NCBI RefSeq assembly: GCF_009914755.1
Contig: NC_060935.1
Reading direction: 5' to 3' (one strand)
Source of the DNA: the human T2T-CHM13v2.0 reference genome, Homo sapiens
Length of the DNA: 64,000 nucleotides
Made by a program: the position numbers and the translations under genes. The notes beneath the pieces are model-generated. The model was not told the origin of the DNA, did not search any database, and worked only from the letters and a program-made list of their open reading frames with translations. The number at the start of each line of letters is the position of its first letter. Position 1 is the first letter of the stretch. Shown piece after piece: positions 12,813-30,424 of this stretch.

Positions 12813-13945
12813 GAATTATAGTGTGTTTTAATCTAGGGAATGACATGATTAGACATGTGTTATAAAATGAAGACTCTGATTTCAGAGAGGGGAATGGGTT
12901 CCTAGAACTGCAGTTTATCCAACATTGTGAGATTTTTCACTGTGGGGAATACTTGGATATATATATTCGTTGTGGGCAAGGGATGCAATGGTGTTTAGAG
13001 TAAACATTTTGTTGAAGCTAAAGTGTAGAGTTTTAAATTTCTAAACTGAAGATAACCTTATATGATCACTTAGGTTTAACCCTCTGATTTATCAAACCTT
13101 CAAGAGGTTAAATGACTTACTCAAAGTACCACGGTAGTGGTGGCAGATATGGTAGGCGTACCAAGTCCTTTGAATCTTAGTACATAGTTTTTCTGTTCTT
13201 CTTCTTCTTCCTTCATGTTCTTAAAGGACCTTGAGAGGAGTGGATCAACAATGTCTAAAGTGCGTTCTTTAGGCCCTTTTCTCTACATCAAGTCTCATTC
13301 AAACCACCAGGAAACACTGTGTCCTGCATTTCAATAACCTCCCCAGGCACTATCATCTTGTTATTAAAAGATTTTTGTTGATTCTGTTTTCTGTCTTACA
13401 TTTCAAAATATGAAAGGAGCTCTTAGTTGAGAATGTTCTATCTATTTGCCAATTTCTGAACCAAATCCTTGAAGTGAAATAAAAAACAAACTACCTTCTT
13501 GAATGCAAGTGGTTGTTAGGATGGTAGACAACCTGGGAAATGTTTGTTTCACAGATAGTGTCCCTTAATATAACCTTTTAAAAAATTTGTCAAGAGCAGC
13601 ATTTTTTCACTGTGGAAAATAAGGAGCAATTTTGATGCTACTTTCAATCAAGGAAATTGGAGCAAAGAAGATTTTAGGGCCTCTGGCTCCACCTCTCTCC
13701 ACTGATGCATTGTTATCAGAATGTCACAAATGGCCTTGTCTGACTCTACATTGGGTGATGGGATCATGGGGTCTGGTGCTGGCATTGTCTGTTCTGTGCC
13801 TTTGGGAAAATGATTTGGTCCTCATCAATTAAATGAGAAAGAACGAGTGACCTATAAAGACTGCTGTCTAGAATGACCTGGCACAAAGTATTCAAGAGAC
13901 ATTTAACTCAGAGAATTAAACTCAAAATTGTACTAGTTATATTAC

Positions 13946-14015
13946 TTTTTTTTTTTTAAGATGGAGTCTCACTCTGTAGCCAGGCTGGAGTGCAGTGGCA
14001 TGATCTCGGCTCACT
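13946..14015 (-). mobile_element. 70-bp Alu 3' fragment
   Basis: Poly(T) followed by AGATGGAGTCTCACTCTGT...CTCGGCTCACT; no TSD found. Confidence 0.88.
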
Positions 14016-14038
14016 TGAAGAAAAGAGTGTCATTTTTG

Positions 14039-18299
<4,261 letters not shown>

Positions 18300-19261
18300 T
18301 GTCAATTTTGATGCAGAGTTTTGGGGTTATAGACACGTAGATATAGAACACAATATTTATTTTGGTGGTCTATACACATCTATCTCTTACCACTACCAAG
18401 ACATTGTGTCGGTGAGGGCTGCTAGTCAAAATCTTACCTATCAAAACAACCCTCTTCCCTAGAATCAAGTAGGGTTGGAATCATGCCAAAGGGCAATGGG
18501 CATTTGCGTTATAACTTTATCTACTTGACTTGCATTAATTCAGGGTGGGAGAATGTGTAATTTGGGGCCTGCTACCCCTGGAAAAAGAGCCTCATGTTAC
18601 ACAGTGCTAGCAAATGGACTTCCATTTTCAGTATCCACCATAGATTAATAACATTCTCAACCAGGCCTAGTGCAAACTGGGTAATTAATGTTTGTTTTCC
18701 AAAGGAAGGAGTTCAGGTTAACAGAGTTTATTTCACATGTGTGTAGGAATAGAAGAGAAGATGAGAGGAAGGGGACATTTTTAGCCAAGGAGACTTTAGT
18801 GAAGAAGGTGTTTGAGTTTGAGAGGTATAAAGATATTATTGAACTAATACTTTCATCTTTCACTATACATATAATTATTAGGCACTTCTTGGTTACAAAT
18901 GTATACACTATCAGAAGACTTTCTTAATGACTTGCTGGCTATAGCACAATGGAGAATTGTAGGAGAATCCTGACTGTGATGATTATTAATGGATGACATC
19001 CATTACTAATGGATAGAATAATTACTAGAACACAGTAATTATTTAGGAAGTCATTGTGCTCACTTGGTCATTGTGAGAAGGAATTTAAGAAATAACCTGA
19101 GAATATTCCAGAATCATAAGGGCTATCATTGCCTTTGATCAACTTTCATTTTGGTAGGGAAGACAGTCCTTTCCCAAATTTTCTTTATTATGAATTAAAT
19201 TAGATAAATTATTCGTGTTTAAATATAACATAAGAACCTGAAACTTGCCATCTTCATCTTG

Positions 19262-19790
19262 TTGACTCGAGTTGGGTTCTAGCCTCGGCCCTATTACTAT
19301 AGGCTCTGTGACTTTGGGTAAGTCATTTAACTTCTAACATTCCAGGGTCTGTGATGTGGGGTCCATGGGGAGCTGATGGACAGAACATAGAAATTGTTGG
19401 AGAGACTTTGGAAGGTTTTAAGCATACGAATGTCATTATCTGGATTGCTTTCGTAAAGGCTCACTCTGTCTTCTATGTTTGGGGGCTGTTGCAAAAATCC
19501 AGGTGAGAAGGGACAGTGCCTCACACATGGATAGTAGCAGGATCTGTGATAAGAAGTGATCAGATTCCAGATATATTTTGTGATATATATTCCAGACAGA
19601 TTGTCTGTGGGACATGTGCAAAAAGAGAAGTCAAAGACAATTTCAAGGTTTATCGCCTCGGCAACTAAAATTATACAGAGTCACAGCAGCTACAATGGGA
19701 ACATTATAGGTGAATCAGGATTGTTCTTTCATGTGTTGGGTAGAAGTGGGATTGAGCTGAAATTCAGCTTTGGCATATTAAACCTTACAT
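19262..19790. mobile_element. MIR fragment followed by antisense L2
   Basis: CTGTGACTTTGGGTAAGTCATTTAACTTCT (MIR), then TTGGAAGGTTTTAAGCA...AAGGCTCACTCTG (L2). Confidence 0.6.
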
Positions 19791-21286
19791 TTCTGTTCAT
19801 TCTATTCACAGATTAGATGGCAATCTTAGCCAAATGACCTCAAGGTTGTTCAAGAGGCAAAGAGGTAGTGAGAAGAATGTGGACATCAGAGTCTGATAGA
19901 TCTGGGCTCGTCTTATTGTCTCATGGTTGTAAGATGGCTGCTGTAGCACTAGGCATCTTGGTTTTTCACAAGCAAAATAAATACAGGAAAAATGGATATT
20001 TTCTTTTATTCATAAGAGATCTTTTTCCAATATTTTTTAGAAGACTTCTTCTTACCCAGAACTCAGGAACATGCCCATCTCCAGATTACATAATAGGCCA
20101 GAATTCTCTGAGAGAAAAAGATCTCTTCTCAATATTGTAGCAAACTCAAGATTCTGTTTGCAAGGAAGAGGAAAACAGCTAGCTTTTGGTTAGGTAGATG
20201 CTTGCTGCATTCAGTAATTCAATATAGATGGAGTGTAAACTATGAAGTGGACAGTGGTGAGCAATAAGATCTGATGAGGAAACAGATCATCAGGTTCCTA
20301 GTATGTTATGCTAAGGAGTTCAGATTTATCATTTAAAAATGGGGCATCATTTAAGGGTTTTTAGAAAGAAAGTGAATTACCAGATTTAAAAATATATGCA
20401 AATGAAAATATTTTTGTAATTATACTACATATAACTACTATGTAATTTATATATTTTTTGTTCAAAAGTTTGTTCCTCATCCTATTTTTTTCTACCTTCT
20501 CATCCTCATTTAAAACAAAACTCTCTCTGTAGATATCATCCTAAATAAAATGCTTGTGTACTCAATTGAAATAACTCACCTAGATGTTACATGGATGTAT
20601 ACAGATGTCTACCAGTACCAGCTTTAATTCTATGTCACTGAAGTTCCTTGCCTATTACTACAACCTTAATTATGTAACTAAGTGAGCAATGTGATTTAAT
20701 CTATTTATTACTGGGTAAATAACTCTCATACTTCCACTACCTCAATATACCTTTCAATACCTGGAAAAATAAAGGGACTATTTTTCGTGGTCTTATGACA
20801 GACTAGATTTTATGAAGAGCCTGTCTACTAAACTACAACTAGATCCTACATGTAACAAAAATAAATTTTCTCCCTGTATTCCTTGAAATTAATGAAACCT
20901 ACAAGCTTACCTCCAGCCCCCAGCCTCCCCAAGATAAAATTGTGAATGTGAAAGGCAATGGAGTCCTGATGATTAGTGATGCAATAGGGAAATGAAGCCA
21001 TAGACAATTAGTAGCATATTTTGATGCCCTATAGAGTAATAACTAAATTCTCTTGGAAGGAAGCATTTCCATTGTAGTTGCCTATAATTTTGGATTAAGT
21101 TCAATAAATATGAACTTGACCATGAAAGCATTTTCAAACCCACAAGATAAGAAATCACTATAGAGAACCAGCAAAGTTAGTAAACAATATATTTAGACAT
21201 CTAAGAGCTTCAGATATTATCAGGTTCCATATGTAAAATAAACATGTATAAAAATTTTCAAGAAGTAAAATAGAAAATAAAAAATA

Positions 21287-21862
21287 GACCCATTGTTTGA
21301 TCCAGAAATTCTGCTACCGAGTATCCACCCAAAAGAAAAGAAAATAAGTTATATCAAAAGATACCTGCACTTGTATGTTTATTGCAACACGATTCACTAT
21401 ATAGCAAAGTTATGGAATCCACCTAAGTGTCCACAACAATCAGACAATTGGATAAAGAAAATATGATGCATATGTACACAATGGAATACTATTTAGCCAT
21501 AAAAAGAATGAAGTCATGTCTTTTGCAGCAACATGGATGGAACTGGAGACCATTATTTTAAGTGAAACAACTCAGATACGAAAACACAAATACCACATGT
21601 TCTCACTTAAAAGTGAGAGCTAAATAATCTGTGCACATGGACATAGAGTATTGAATAATGGTGACGATGTTGACAATGGAAATTTGGAAGGTTGGGGGGT
21701 GGGTGGGAGGGATTAGGTGATGAAAAATTAGTCAATGGGTACAATGTTTGTTATTCAGATAATGAATACACTAAAAACCTTGACTTCACCACTACATGAT
21801 AATTCCATGTAACAAAATTATACTTGTATCTCATAAATTTCTATAAATAGTAAATAAATAAT
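21287..21862 (+). mobile_element. L1PB4/L1MA-type 3' fragment nested in older L1M-like sequence
   Basis: ORF2 tail (TTTGCAGCAACATGGATGGAACTGGAG) and 3'UTR ending CCATGTAACAAAATTATACTTGTATCTCATAAATTT. Confidence 0.85.
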
Positions 21863-22139
21863 GATCAAGAATTAAGAGAACACCAAAATTACTAGGCAGA
21901 TCTGTAAAAGAACAAAACAGAAATTTTAGATAGAAAGTAAATTTTTAAATTAAAATCTTAATACATTGTTATACAGAATATTAGTCAATGCCGAAGAGAG
22001 AATCTTTAGAATATAAGCCTGAATAAATTATCAGACAACCACATGGAGAAACAAAAAAATTACAAATGTAAAATAGAAGATAAAAAATATAGAGAGTAGA
22101 TAGAAAAAGTTTTATGTAAGTACAAGTGTGTTTATATAT

Positions 22140-22572
22140 TGCTATGGTTTGTGTGTGTGTTCCCCAGAATTCATGTGTTGGAAGGTTGCTTATTACTGCA
22201 GCAGTGTTTGGCAGTGAAGCCTACTGGGAAGTGTTTGGGTCACAGTAGTGGAGCCCTCATGAATGTGTTCATGTCATTATAGCAGGAGTGGGTTAGTTAC
22301 TGGGAGAGCAGGTTGTTATAGCGAGTTTTCCCTGTGTGCTTTTGTGCTCTCACAGATGCCTGCTTCCCTTATGTGCTCTTACAGATGCCTGCTTCCCTTT
22401 CACTTCTCTGCTATGTTATGACACAGCAAGAGGCCCTCATCAGGAGCTAACCAGATTTGGCCACCAGTCTTGGACTTCCCAACCTCCTGAACTGTGAGTC
22501 AAAGAAAACTTTTCTCTTTTCTTGACAAATTACCCAGTCTCAAGTATATTCTGTTATAGCAACAGAAAACCA
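22140..22572 (+). mobile_element. MSTB/MSTC-like MaLR solo LTR with an internal 29-bp tandem duplication
   Basis: TGCTATGGTTTG start and AAATTACCCAGTCTC...GTTATAGCAACAG end; ACAGATGCCTGCTTCCCTT occurs twice. Confidence 0.85.
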
Positions 22573-23284
22573 AATATATCATAATAAATGTAAATGATCT
22601 AAACTTCCCAAGTAAAAGATATTTTTAGTTTTGACAGAAATAAAAAATGAAAGTCCACGTTGTTCATAAAAAGGCACAGGAAAAATATAAAATCATGCAA
22701 ATGTTATCTGTAATGTACAACTACTTGAGGGGATAGACATGTTTTGTATTATATTGCAAGGCTTATCACCTGGTCTGTAACAAATGCTTAATAAATATTT
22801 AGCAAATAAATTAATGAGCCTAGCTATCAAATTCACACTGTAAAGTTATATTTCAATGTACATTTAGATAAATAAGATATTGACTAAAACAGGATGTGGA
22901 AGCACAGAGGGGGCAAAATGGCTATTGATAAGCAGTGTATAGCGTTGGCCTCATTGGTGAAGCTAGAACTTTTACCAAAGTGTCCTAACTCGTGGTCCAT
23001 CGCTCCCTCCCTTCTCCCTCTTGGCTTATCATATGGCTGCTGATAATCCTGATATCATTTGTGAGGCAGCACTTAAAACATTACGTTTTGTTGATACAGA
23101 AATTTGCTTAAGGGATAAATAAATCCCACAGAGAAATAAGAACAATAAAAAAAGAATAATATATATGGAAAATATTAACACTGCATATACCCATTGTTTT
23201 AACAAATGTTCATTCTCCCTTATGATGTTTTTCTATAATTTTTGCTATATAATTGTCATACATGGAAGACTTTACTTCACTTAC

Positions 23285-23427
23285 CTTAATTTGTAAAACA
23301 AGATTAACATGTTTTCTGCCTCCTCATTATCGAGCTCAAATGCCCGCTGTTTTTAGTGGAGAGAAATTACATTCTCTTGTAATAGAATACAGCTTTGTTT
23401 TTTGATCCTTGAATATTTGAGAGTTGC
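23285..23427 (-). other. Candidate 143-nt non-coding exon
   Basis: Minus-strand acceptor CTTCACTTTTTCCAG|G and consensus donor AAG|GTAAGT; stops in all three frames. Confidence 0.3.
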
Positions 23428-24329
23428 CTGGAAAAAGTGAAGTTTCTGTTCCTTTAACTTTGCCTGCTATACTCTGAAAATTGACTTCATGTTCTAGAAA
23501 TAACTTTTAAAAAATCTTCTTCCTTCTGAGTCCTTTTGCACTTTCATTTTACTGTAATAATCTTTGTGGTTTCACCAGTAAGAAGCAGCCATGTGTGGGT
23601 AAATATTCTTTAGAATATAGTAAGCAATTTTGCTGTCCAAAATTAACATGGCAGAATAATGCATTCAATTGACTTATTTCCTTATTGTGTATGATTATAC
23701 AGACATGAAAGAATTTGTGGAAAAACCAATTATTCATGTAAAGTTATTATCCTTAGGAAATTCCCCTAAACAATTCCTGTTTTCCTCTTCTGATAAGATT
23801 ATTTTTCAAGATTATTTCACTAAGTGGATAGAGACTACTTACCATCAAGCCTTGTGTTACCTCTGAGGAAGCACTCTAACTTATTGGCCAAAAGACTGCA
23901 GCGAATTTTGTTTTGGGAGACTTCTAAGGACACTAAATTTGAGTTTGATTCATTTATTTCCACTTCCACAGAGTTGCAATCAATTCTGTAAGTGATTCAT
24001 AAGCCAACAAGCAGAACACATTGAAATGATTTGTAGTTTGTAAGAATAACATTTATCAAGTTCCTGCTTTTATTTAAACCTGCATTATGGTTATTATTGG
24101 ACAAAGAAGTACCCCTATATCGTCACGGAATGTAAAGTGAACCACAAGAAAATTTAATAGATGCAATTTAGTAACATGCTAATGAAATTTCTAAATTTGG
24201 AATATATCTTCATCCTATATTTGGCTATTTTTCTTTTGGTGGCCAGCTCATATGTACTTTGCCCAGTGTTCTTAGTTTTTTTCCGGACAACTCAAATGTA
24301 ACATGTCTGAAGCAAAACCAAGAATGGAT

Positions 24330-24550
24330 ATGGACTTTAAATGCAACAGCTGAATTAAAGTCACTGTTTACTCATACACAAGCTGTATGGCTTTTGGCTA
24401 GTTAATACATCTGAAGGCTTAGATCAAAGGAGTATATTAACAGATGCACCTCAAAAGGCTATTGTGAGAATTAATAAGACCAATGTGTACAATGGTACAG
24501 TGCTGGCTGTTCAAAAATGATATGTGCATTTGCATTCAACAAATGATAGC
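24330..24550 (+). mobile_element. MIR
   Basis: AGCTGTATGGCTTTTGGCTAGTTAA...CTATTGTGAGAATTAA. Confidence 0.55.
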
Positions 24551-25658
24551 TCCTTTCACTTCCATTTTCTACACTTGGCCAAGTTGTTCATCAATTTCCA
24601 ATGAAAAATAATTTGAATCAATTCCAGAGTTGGGGAATAATCCTACAACTTCCCTTCCCTCATTCTCCTACATCAATTAATTCACAGAGATTTGCTTCCC
24701 TGCCTCATATTATTTCTAGAGTTGGTCTTTTCTCCATCTCTCATATTACTAAAGATCCTCTTCCAACTGGACATTTCACTAGTCTTTACCTGGTTCCCTA
24801 TATCCATTTTTGTTACTGTCTTCTGCCTATCCATTTTCTGAGCTTTTTTTGCTGTTATTTTTCTAACTTCTAAAGACAGATGCTTAGCTCAATAAATACT
24901 AGCCACTTTTATTTTCTAATGTACTCTTTTAAGGCTGTAAAATGATAGGTATTGTTTTAACTGCACCCCAGAAGTTTTGATAGGTAGTGATTATTGATTC
25001 TACATATTTTAAATTTTTCAGTGTTTCTTAACTTCCGAAATACAGAATTTATTTTGCTATCTTTTGTGATTTTTTCCATTTTAATGTTGCTGATAGTAGA
25101 AAAAAAACTCTCTGATTCCTTTTCTTTGAAATATGTCTTGTTTTATTGTCCAGTCTGCAGTTCATTTTTATAAATGTTCTATCTGGGCTAAACAAAATAA
25201 ATCTACCCTGTTGTAATATGTTTAGTGTTCTATATGTTATGTCCATTAAATATGGCTTATTGTTTCATTCAAATATTCTATAATTTACTGATTTATCTGC
25301 TTAATGTATTAGTTACTTATGCAAACATATTTATATACTCAGCACTTATATAGCAAAAAATCACAGAACAAGGAGAAATCAACATGCCTGTTAAAAATCT
25401 CCCACTATTTTACATAACCACATTTTTGTAATAGTAAATTCTTCTTGGTGAATTGAACTTCCAATTTTGATAAAGTTATCTTCATTTCTATGAATATATT
25501 TGCCTCAAAGTTTATTTAATCTGATATTTACATATTTTTTTCTAGTTTTCTTTTGGTTCACATTTGACTAAAATATCATTTCCATTCTTTTACATGTAAC
25601 CATTCTTTATCCTTTTTGTTTTGTTTTGATTTTGTATGGAGCTTGAACCTAGGTTTTG

Positions 25659-25836
25659 CATATGTATATATATACATATATATACACATATATATACACA
25701 TATATATACACACATATATATACACATATATATATACACATATATATACATATATATACACATATATATATGCATATATATATACACATATATATATGCA
25801 TATATATATACACATATATATATGCATATATATATA
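25659..25836. repeat. Compound (TA)n/(CA) microsatellite
   Basis: About 178 bp of TATATATACACA-type units. Confidence 0.95.
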
Positions 25837-25941
25837 CTTTTATTTTTCCTTTAACTTTTATTTTAAGTTCACGGGTACATGTGCAGATTTGTTATATAGG
25901 TAAACTTGTCTCATAGGGGCTTGTTGTACAGGTATTTTGTC
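25837..25941 (-). mobile_element. Short 3' fragment of an older L1PA
   Basis: TTTTAAGTTCACGGGTACATGTGCAGATTTGTTATATAGGTAAACTTG. Confidence 0.85.
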
Positions 25942-28900
25942 TGTTTTTATGGTTTTAATCTGTAATTTTTTGTTTGTAAACTGGAGAATTTAAGTTATTT
26001 ATATTTATTGTGATTACTGATAGATTTTGGGTTGTATGTATGATATTATTTTTTGCTTTTTAGTTGTTCTATCTCTTCTGTGTTTCATTTCCCTCTCCTC
26101 ACTAGCTTTCCTTTGGGCTAACAATTTTTTGTTCTGCTTTATTCTCTACCAGCTTGAAAGTTTTACACCTTTTTTCTCTACAAGAAGCTAGGCTAGAAAT
26201 TATTACATGCATCTTAACTTTTCAAAACCTAAATTTAATCAGTGTCCTACTTGCTTCCTAAGCAATACAAGAACTCAAAACAGCTGAATTCCATTTAACC
26301 CACTCCCCAATTATATACTACTGTTTAACATGTTTTATTTTCATCTCTCTCTAAAACTGGACAAGACACTATTGTTATTATTATTAGAGTTAATATTTGT
26401 TTACATTTATTTATATATTTAACTATTTATTTGTTCATTATTTCTTCTTGCACCTCAGACATATCATTTGGTATCACTTTCCTTCTAAGTGAGGTACATG
26501 ATTTAGAACTTCCTTTACGGAGAGTTTGCTGTAACAAGCTCTATTTGTTTATGTTTGGAAATGTCTTTATTTTGCCCTCATTTTTGAAGGATATTTTCAC
26601 TGTGTATATCTTTTAAATATATTTTTAAAAATATATTTTATTTTAATATGACATACATGTAGATGATTAATAATCCTTGAGTATTCAATTTAATGAATTA
26701 TCATAAGCTGACCTCTCCTGTGTAACCATTACCTAGATCAAGACAGAGGACATCTCTGAGACCCTAGTGACCTTCCCTTCTCTGTTCTTTCCAGAGGTAA
26801 CTTCTATTCTGGTATCTAACATCACAGATACATGTTACATGTTTTCAAACTTTATGTATAGTATGTATTATTAGACTTCTTATTTTGTACAATATCATAT
26901 TGGCGAAATTCATTCATGCTGTATGCAGCATTTGTTTGGCTATTTTCATTGTTTATAGTGCTCCCTTTGTATAAACAGACTACAAATTATTTATCCTTTC
27001 TATGGATGATGGATGTTTGGATTGTTCTTGTTCAGAGCTATTACAATAAAACAGTGTGACATGCTTGTACTTGTCCTTCTGTGCACATATATTAATTTCT
27101 GTTGGTTATATGCCTAGGAGAAGAATTGCTTGGGGATGATTATATGCATGTTCCGCAGTGATTCTGCCAAAGTTTTCCAAAGTGTTTGTACCTAATTGTG
27201 CTTTCAATGACAACATTTAACCGTTTCATATCCTTGCTGACAGAATTGTGGAATTGTCAGTCTCTTTAATTTTTGATATTCTGTTGAGTATCCAGTGGTA
27301 TCTCATTATGGTATTTATTTGCATTAACTTTCCTGATGACTAATCCCTTTTTTTGTTTTTTGAAGGTAAGTCTTCCCTGAGAGAGGATTTACTTTGTGTT
27401 AGGCTGTTAAAATTGGGACTGATCATTTCAATTTAATTAGAGATTATAATTGTTTCACAGCTAGCTTTCAAGGTTTGTGTTTATTTTTAATTCACTGCTG
27501 TTCCTAGAGTGTATCCCTTTGGGAGTTCCAACTGATAGCCTAGAGTGTTTACTGGGCCCCCAACTCTTTCTAGACCCACATTCATTTTTCCCCTAGCCTT
27601 AAAAGCCTACTGAAAGGTTTGGGCAGCTTTTCAGTCCCTCAATACCTGCTTCCAAGACAGCAAATGCCCCAGTGAGAAAAGTGACAATGAATGTCAGCTT
27701 TGCTTCTCTCTGTTGTCCCCTCAAGTTTTTGCTTCCAAGGTGGGTCTCTGACATCTTCAAATAATTTTTCTTTCTTTTGTTTTGTATTTTTTTCAGACTT
27801 TCTACTTGTTTTTGAAAGAAGTAATTATCTACAGCAGGCTTATTTGCAATTACCAGAATCATCTGGTAAAATATTTTGATTGTTATTTTTTCAGCACATT
27901 GAAGATTTTATTCCACTAAATCTCCACTTCCATTGTGTTGCTATTGATAAGTCAATTCCCAGTCTAACTATTCTCCTTGAAAAACTATTGTTTTGTATAT
28001 TATCTCTATGCTTGTGTTCAATATTTTCATTATGACTGCTCAAATATAGATTTCCTTTTATCCAGCTTGGGAATTGTTAAACTTCTTAGATTTGTGAATT
28101 GATGTCTTTCATTAGATTTGAACAAGTGCTTAGTAGTTACTGCTTCAAATATTGCCTCTGTCCTATTTATTTTTGGAATATCTGGATCGATATATATTGG
28201 ACTTTCTTACTCTATGATCTCTGTATGTTATTTTCTCTATCATATTTTCATGTATTTTGGCTCTTTTTCTTCATTGTAGATTTATTTTCCTTAAATATTT
28301 TCCAGTTCACAAATTCTTTAATTTTGTATAACCTGTTGTTAAAATCATCCACTGATTATTTTAAATATTAATTGTTATTTTTTTGAATTTTTATTTGATG
28401 CTTTAACGTTTCTTTCTGGGTTACTTTGGTTTTCTGTACCCTGAATTGGTATTTAAGCTTGTTTTTTATTTCCTTAAATATAATAAACATAACTATTCTG
28501 TATTCTCTACAGGTATCTTTCAACTACTCATTGTTTCTGCTGGTTTTCACTCATGAAGATTTGTTTTACTTAATGTTTAGTGATTTATTTTTATTATATT
28601 TTTACTGTAAGCTGCTCATTTTCCTTGTAGGTTTATTTGTGAGAATTATTCGATGCTTAGGATAAAGGCAATTTCCCTTCATGTGGATTTGTTTCACGTC
28701 TCTGGCAGCTACTACCTGTGTGGGACCATTTTAGTTAAAATCACTACTTAAGGTATTTTGCTTTACCCAGTCAATGTGAATTTGAGCTACAAATCCATAA
28801 GAAAGCCACCTTATGTCACATTTCTCAGAGCCATTTCCCCCTTTTTCTCAGTAACATCGTTGAAACAGGAAATATTCCATGGCAAGAGCGGGATTAGGAA

Positions 28901-30036
28901 ATCTTGACTTTAGTTCTAATTCACTCAAATATTGAGGATGTGCCTTTTGGGGTACCAGCTTTATGAAAATAAAGTCTGTTGTTATCTTCCATACTTTGGT
29001 TGGTCTTGCACTGTGCCTCATTTTGCCTGTACCCAAAAAACATGAAGAACAAAACTTGAGTTCAACATCTTTAGCTGAATTTAGGCCAAAAGTGGTTTCT
29101 GTGTTATTTTCATTCATATGGGTTTCTGTCTGCATGTGGATTTTGAAGTCAGTATTCTGTATATTTCTTCCATTAGGTTGGTGGGGTTTTTGTGTGTGTG
29201 TTTTATCTAGAATTTTTTTTTCAGAGGGAAATTTGGTTTGGTTACTAAGTCTATAATAACTGGAAATGGAAAGCCTGTCCAAACTATTTTCTTCTGACAA
29301 CCACATTATCTGTTTTGTTTTTGTTTTAATGTGTTGTATTACATCAAGGCTGAAACTCCTTTGATGGATTTCTGTTTCTCTTAGGATAAAGCTAAAACAT
29401 CAATTGGCTTACAGAGCCCTGCATGATCCTCTTTTCCTAATGCTCCACTGACTTCTCATGCCACGTTATTTCTTGACCTTCTGTGCTTTGGTCATACTGC
29501 TCTTTTTACAATTCTTTGCATTCCTTATTCAAATGATTGGTGATTTTGATTTTATCTCTGAATTTAAGAGTTTCTGTTTTCCCTTTAGTAGGTGCTGATT
29601 ATGTGATCATGGTAAAGTGTGGCGTGTGCCACTAAGTGTGGTGTTCCTCAGGCTTCTAGGAGTGTGTGATCTCTATCTCTCTGAGAGTCAGAACCTATCC
29701 CCTTGTTCTGTGTTGCCCCTTCTACCCCACTGTCCATACAGAGCTGAAACCTGTCAGTTAATATTGCTGCTGCCCATTGCTCAGCTCAAGTCAGGAAGGG
29801 CAAGGAGCCAACGGTTTACCTGCTCTGAATATAGAGATGAAGTCAATTATCCCAACAATTGTCCAACGGCTCTCTTCTGCTCATTGTTATCTGTTGGTGA
29901 TTTTGTGGAGAAGAAAATGGATTCTGGAAAAACCTTAAACTCACTCTTTTCCTCATATGGGTTGACAGTGATTCTTTATTTTTGCAGCAAATATGATTGC
30001 TTTCAGTTTTCTTTTAGGAATTCCTCAAGTATCATC

Positions 30037-30424
30037 TGTGATAATTAATATTTTATGTCAATTGGGCTAGGCCATGGTACTCAGACATTTGATGAAACAT
30101 GATTCTATATGTTTCTGTGAAGGTATTTTTTAGATGAGATTAACATTTAAATTAGTAGGCTTGTGTGAAGCAGGTTACCCTCCATAATATGGGAAGGCCT
30201 CATACAATTAGTTGAAGGCCTCAATAAAAAAAGGCTGACATCCTTGAAGAGGAAATTCTGCCAGCATATTGCCCTTGAACTTGAACTGCAGCATCAACTC
30301 TTCCATATATATATATATAGTATTAAATAATACGTCATACTATATATACAATAGCTTTATTGGTGAGAATAGGAGAACCAGTCTCCTACTGGTCCTGTTT
30401 CTCAGGAGAACCCTAAATAATACA
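30037..30424 (+). mobile_element. MLT2-family (ERVL) solo LTR
   Basis: TGTGATAATTAATATTTTATGTCAA...GGAGAACCCTAAATAATACA; TSD TCAT(C/T). Confidence 0.88.

Larger units (their letters stand above)
24880..29270 (-). mobile_element. Mosaic of ancient L1M (L1MC/ME-like) fragments
   Basis: T-rich antisense L1 text, e.g. GGAAATGTCTTTATTTTGCCCTCATTTTTGAAGGATATTTTCACTG and CAGTGGTATCTCATTATGGTATTTATTTGCATT. Confidence 0.7.

Noticed and set aside
25576-25916. Tyr/Ile/His-rich ORFs and a repeat-array appearance
   Set aside because: Translation of a TA/CA microsatellite; no spacers, so not CRISPR-like
26615-26638. 24-bp perfect palindrome AAATATATTTTTAAAAATATATTT
   Set aside because: A/T-only low-complexity sequence at an L1 tail; expected by chance
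28848-30048. 152-aa and 143-aa ORFs
   Set aside because: The first lies in decayed L1M sequence; both start at non-ATG codons and show no recognisable domain or exon structure
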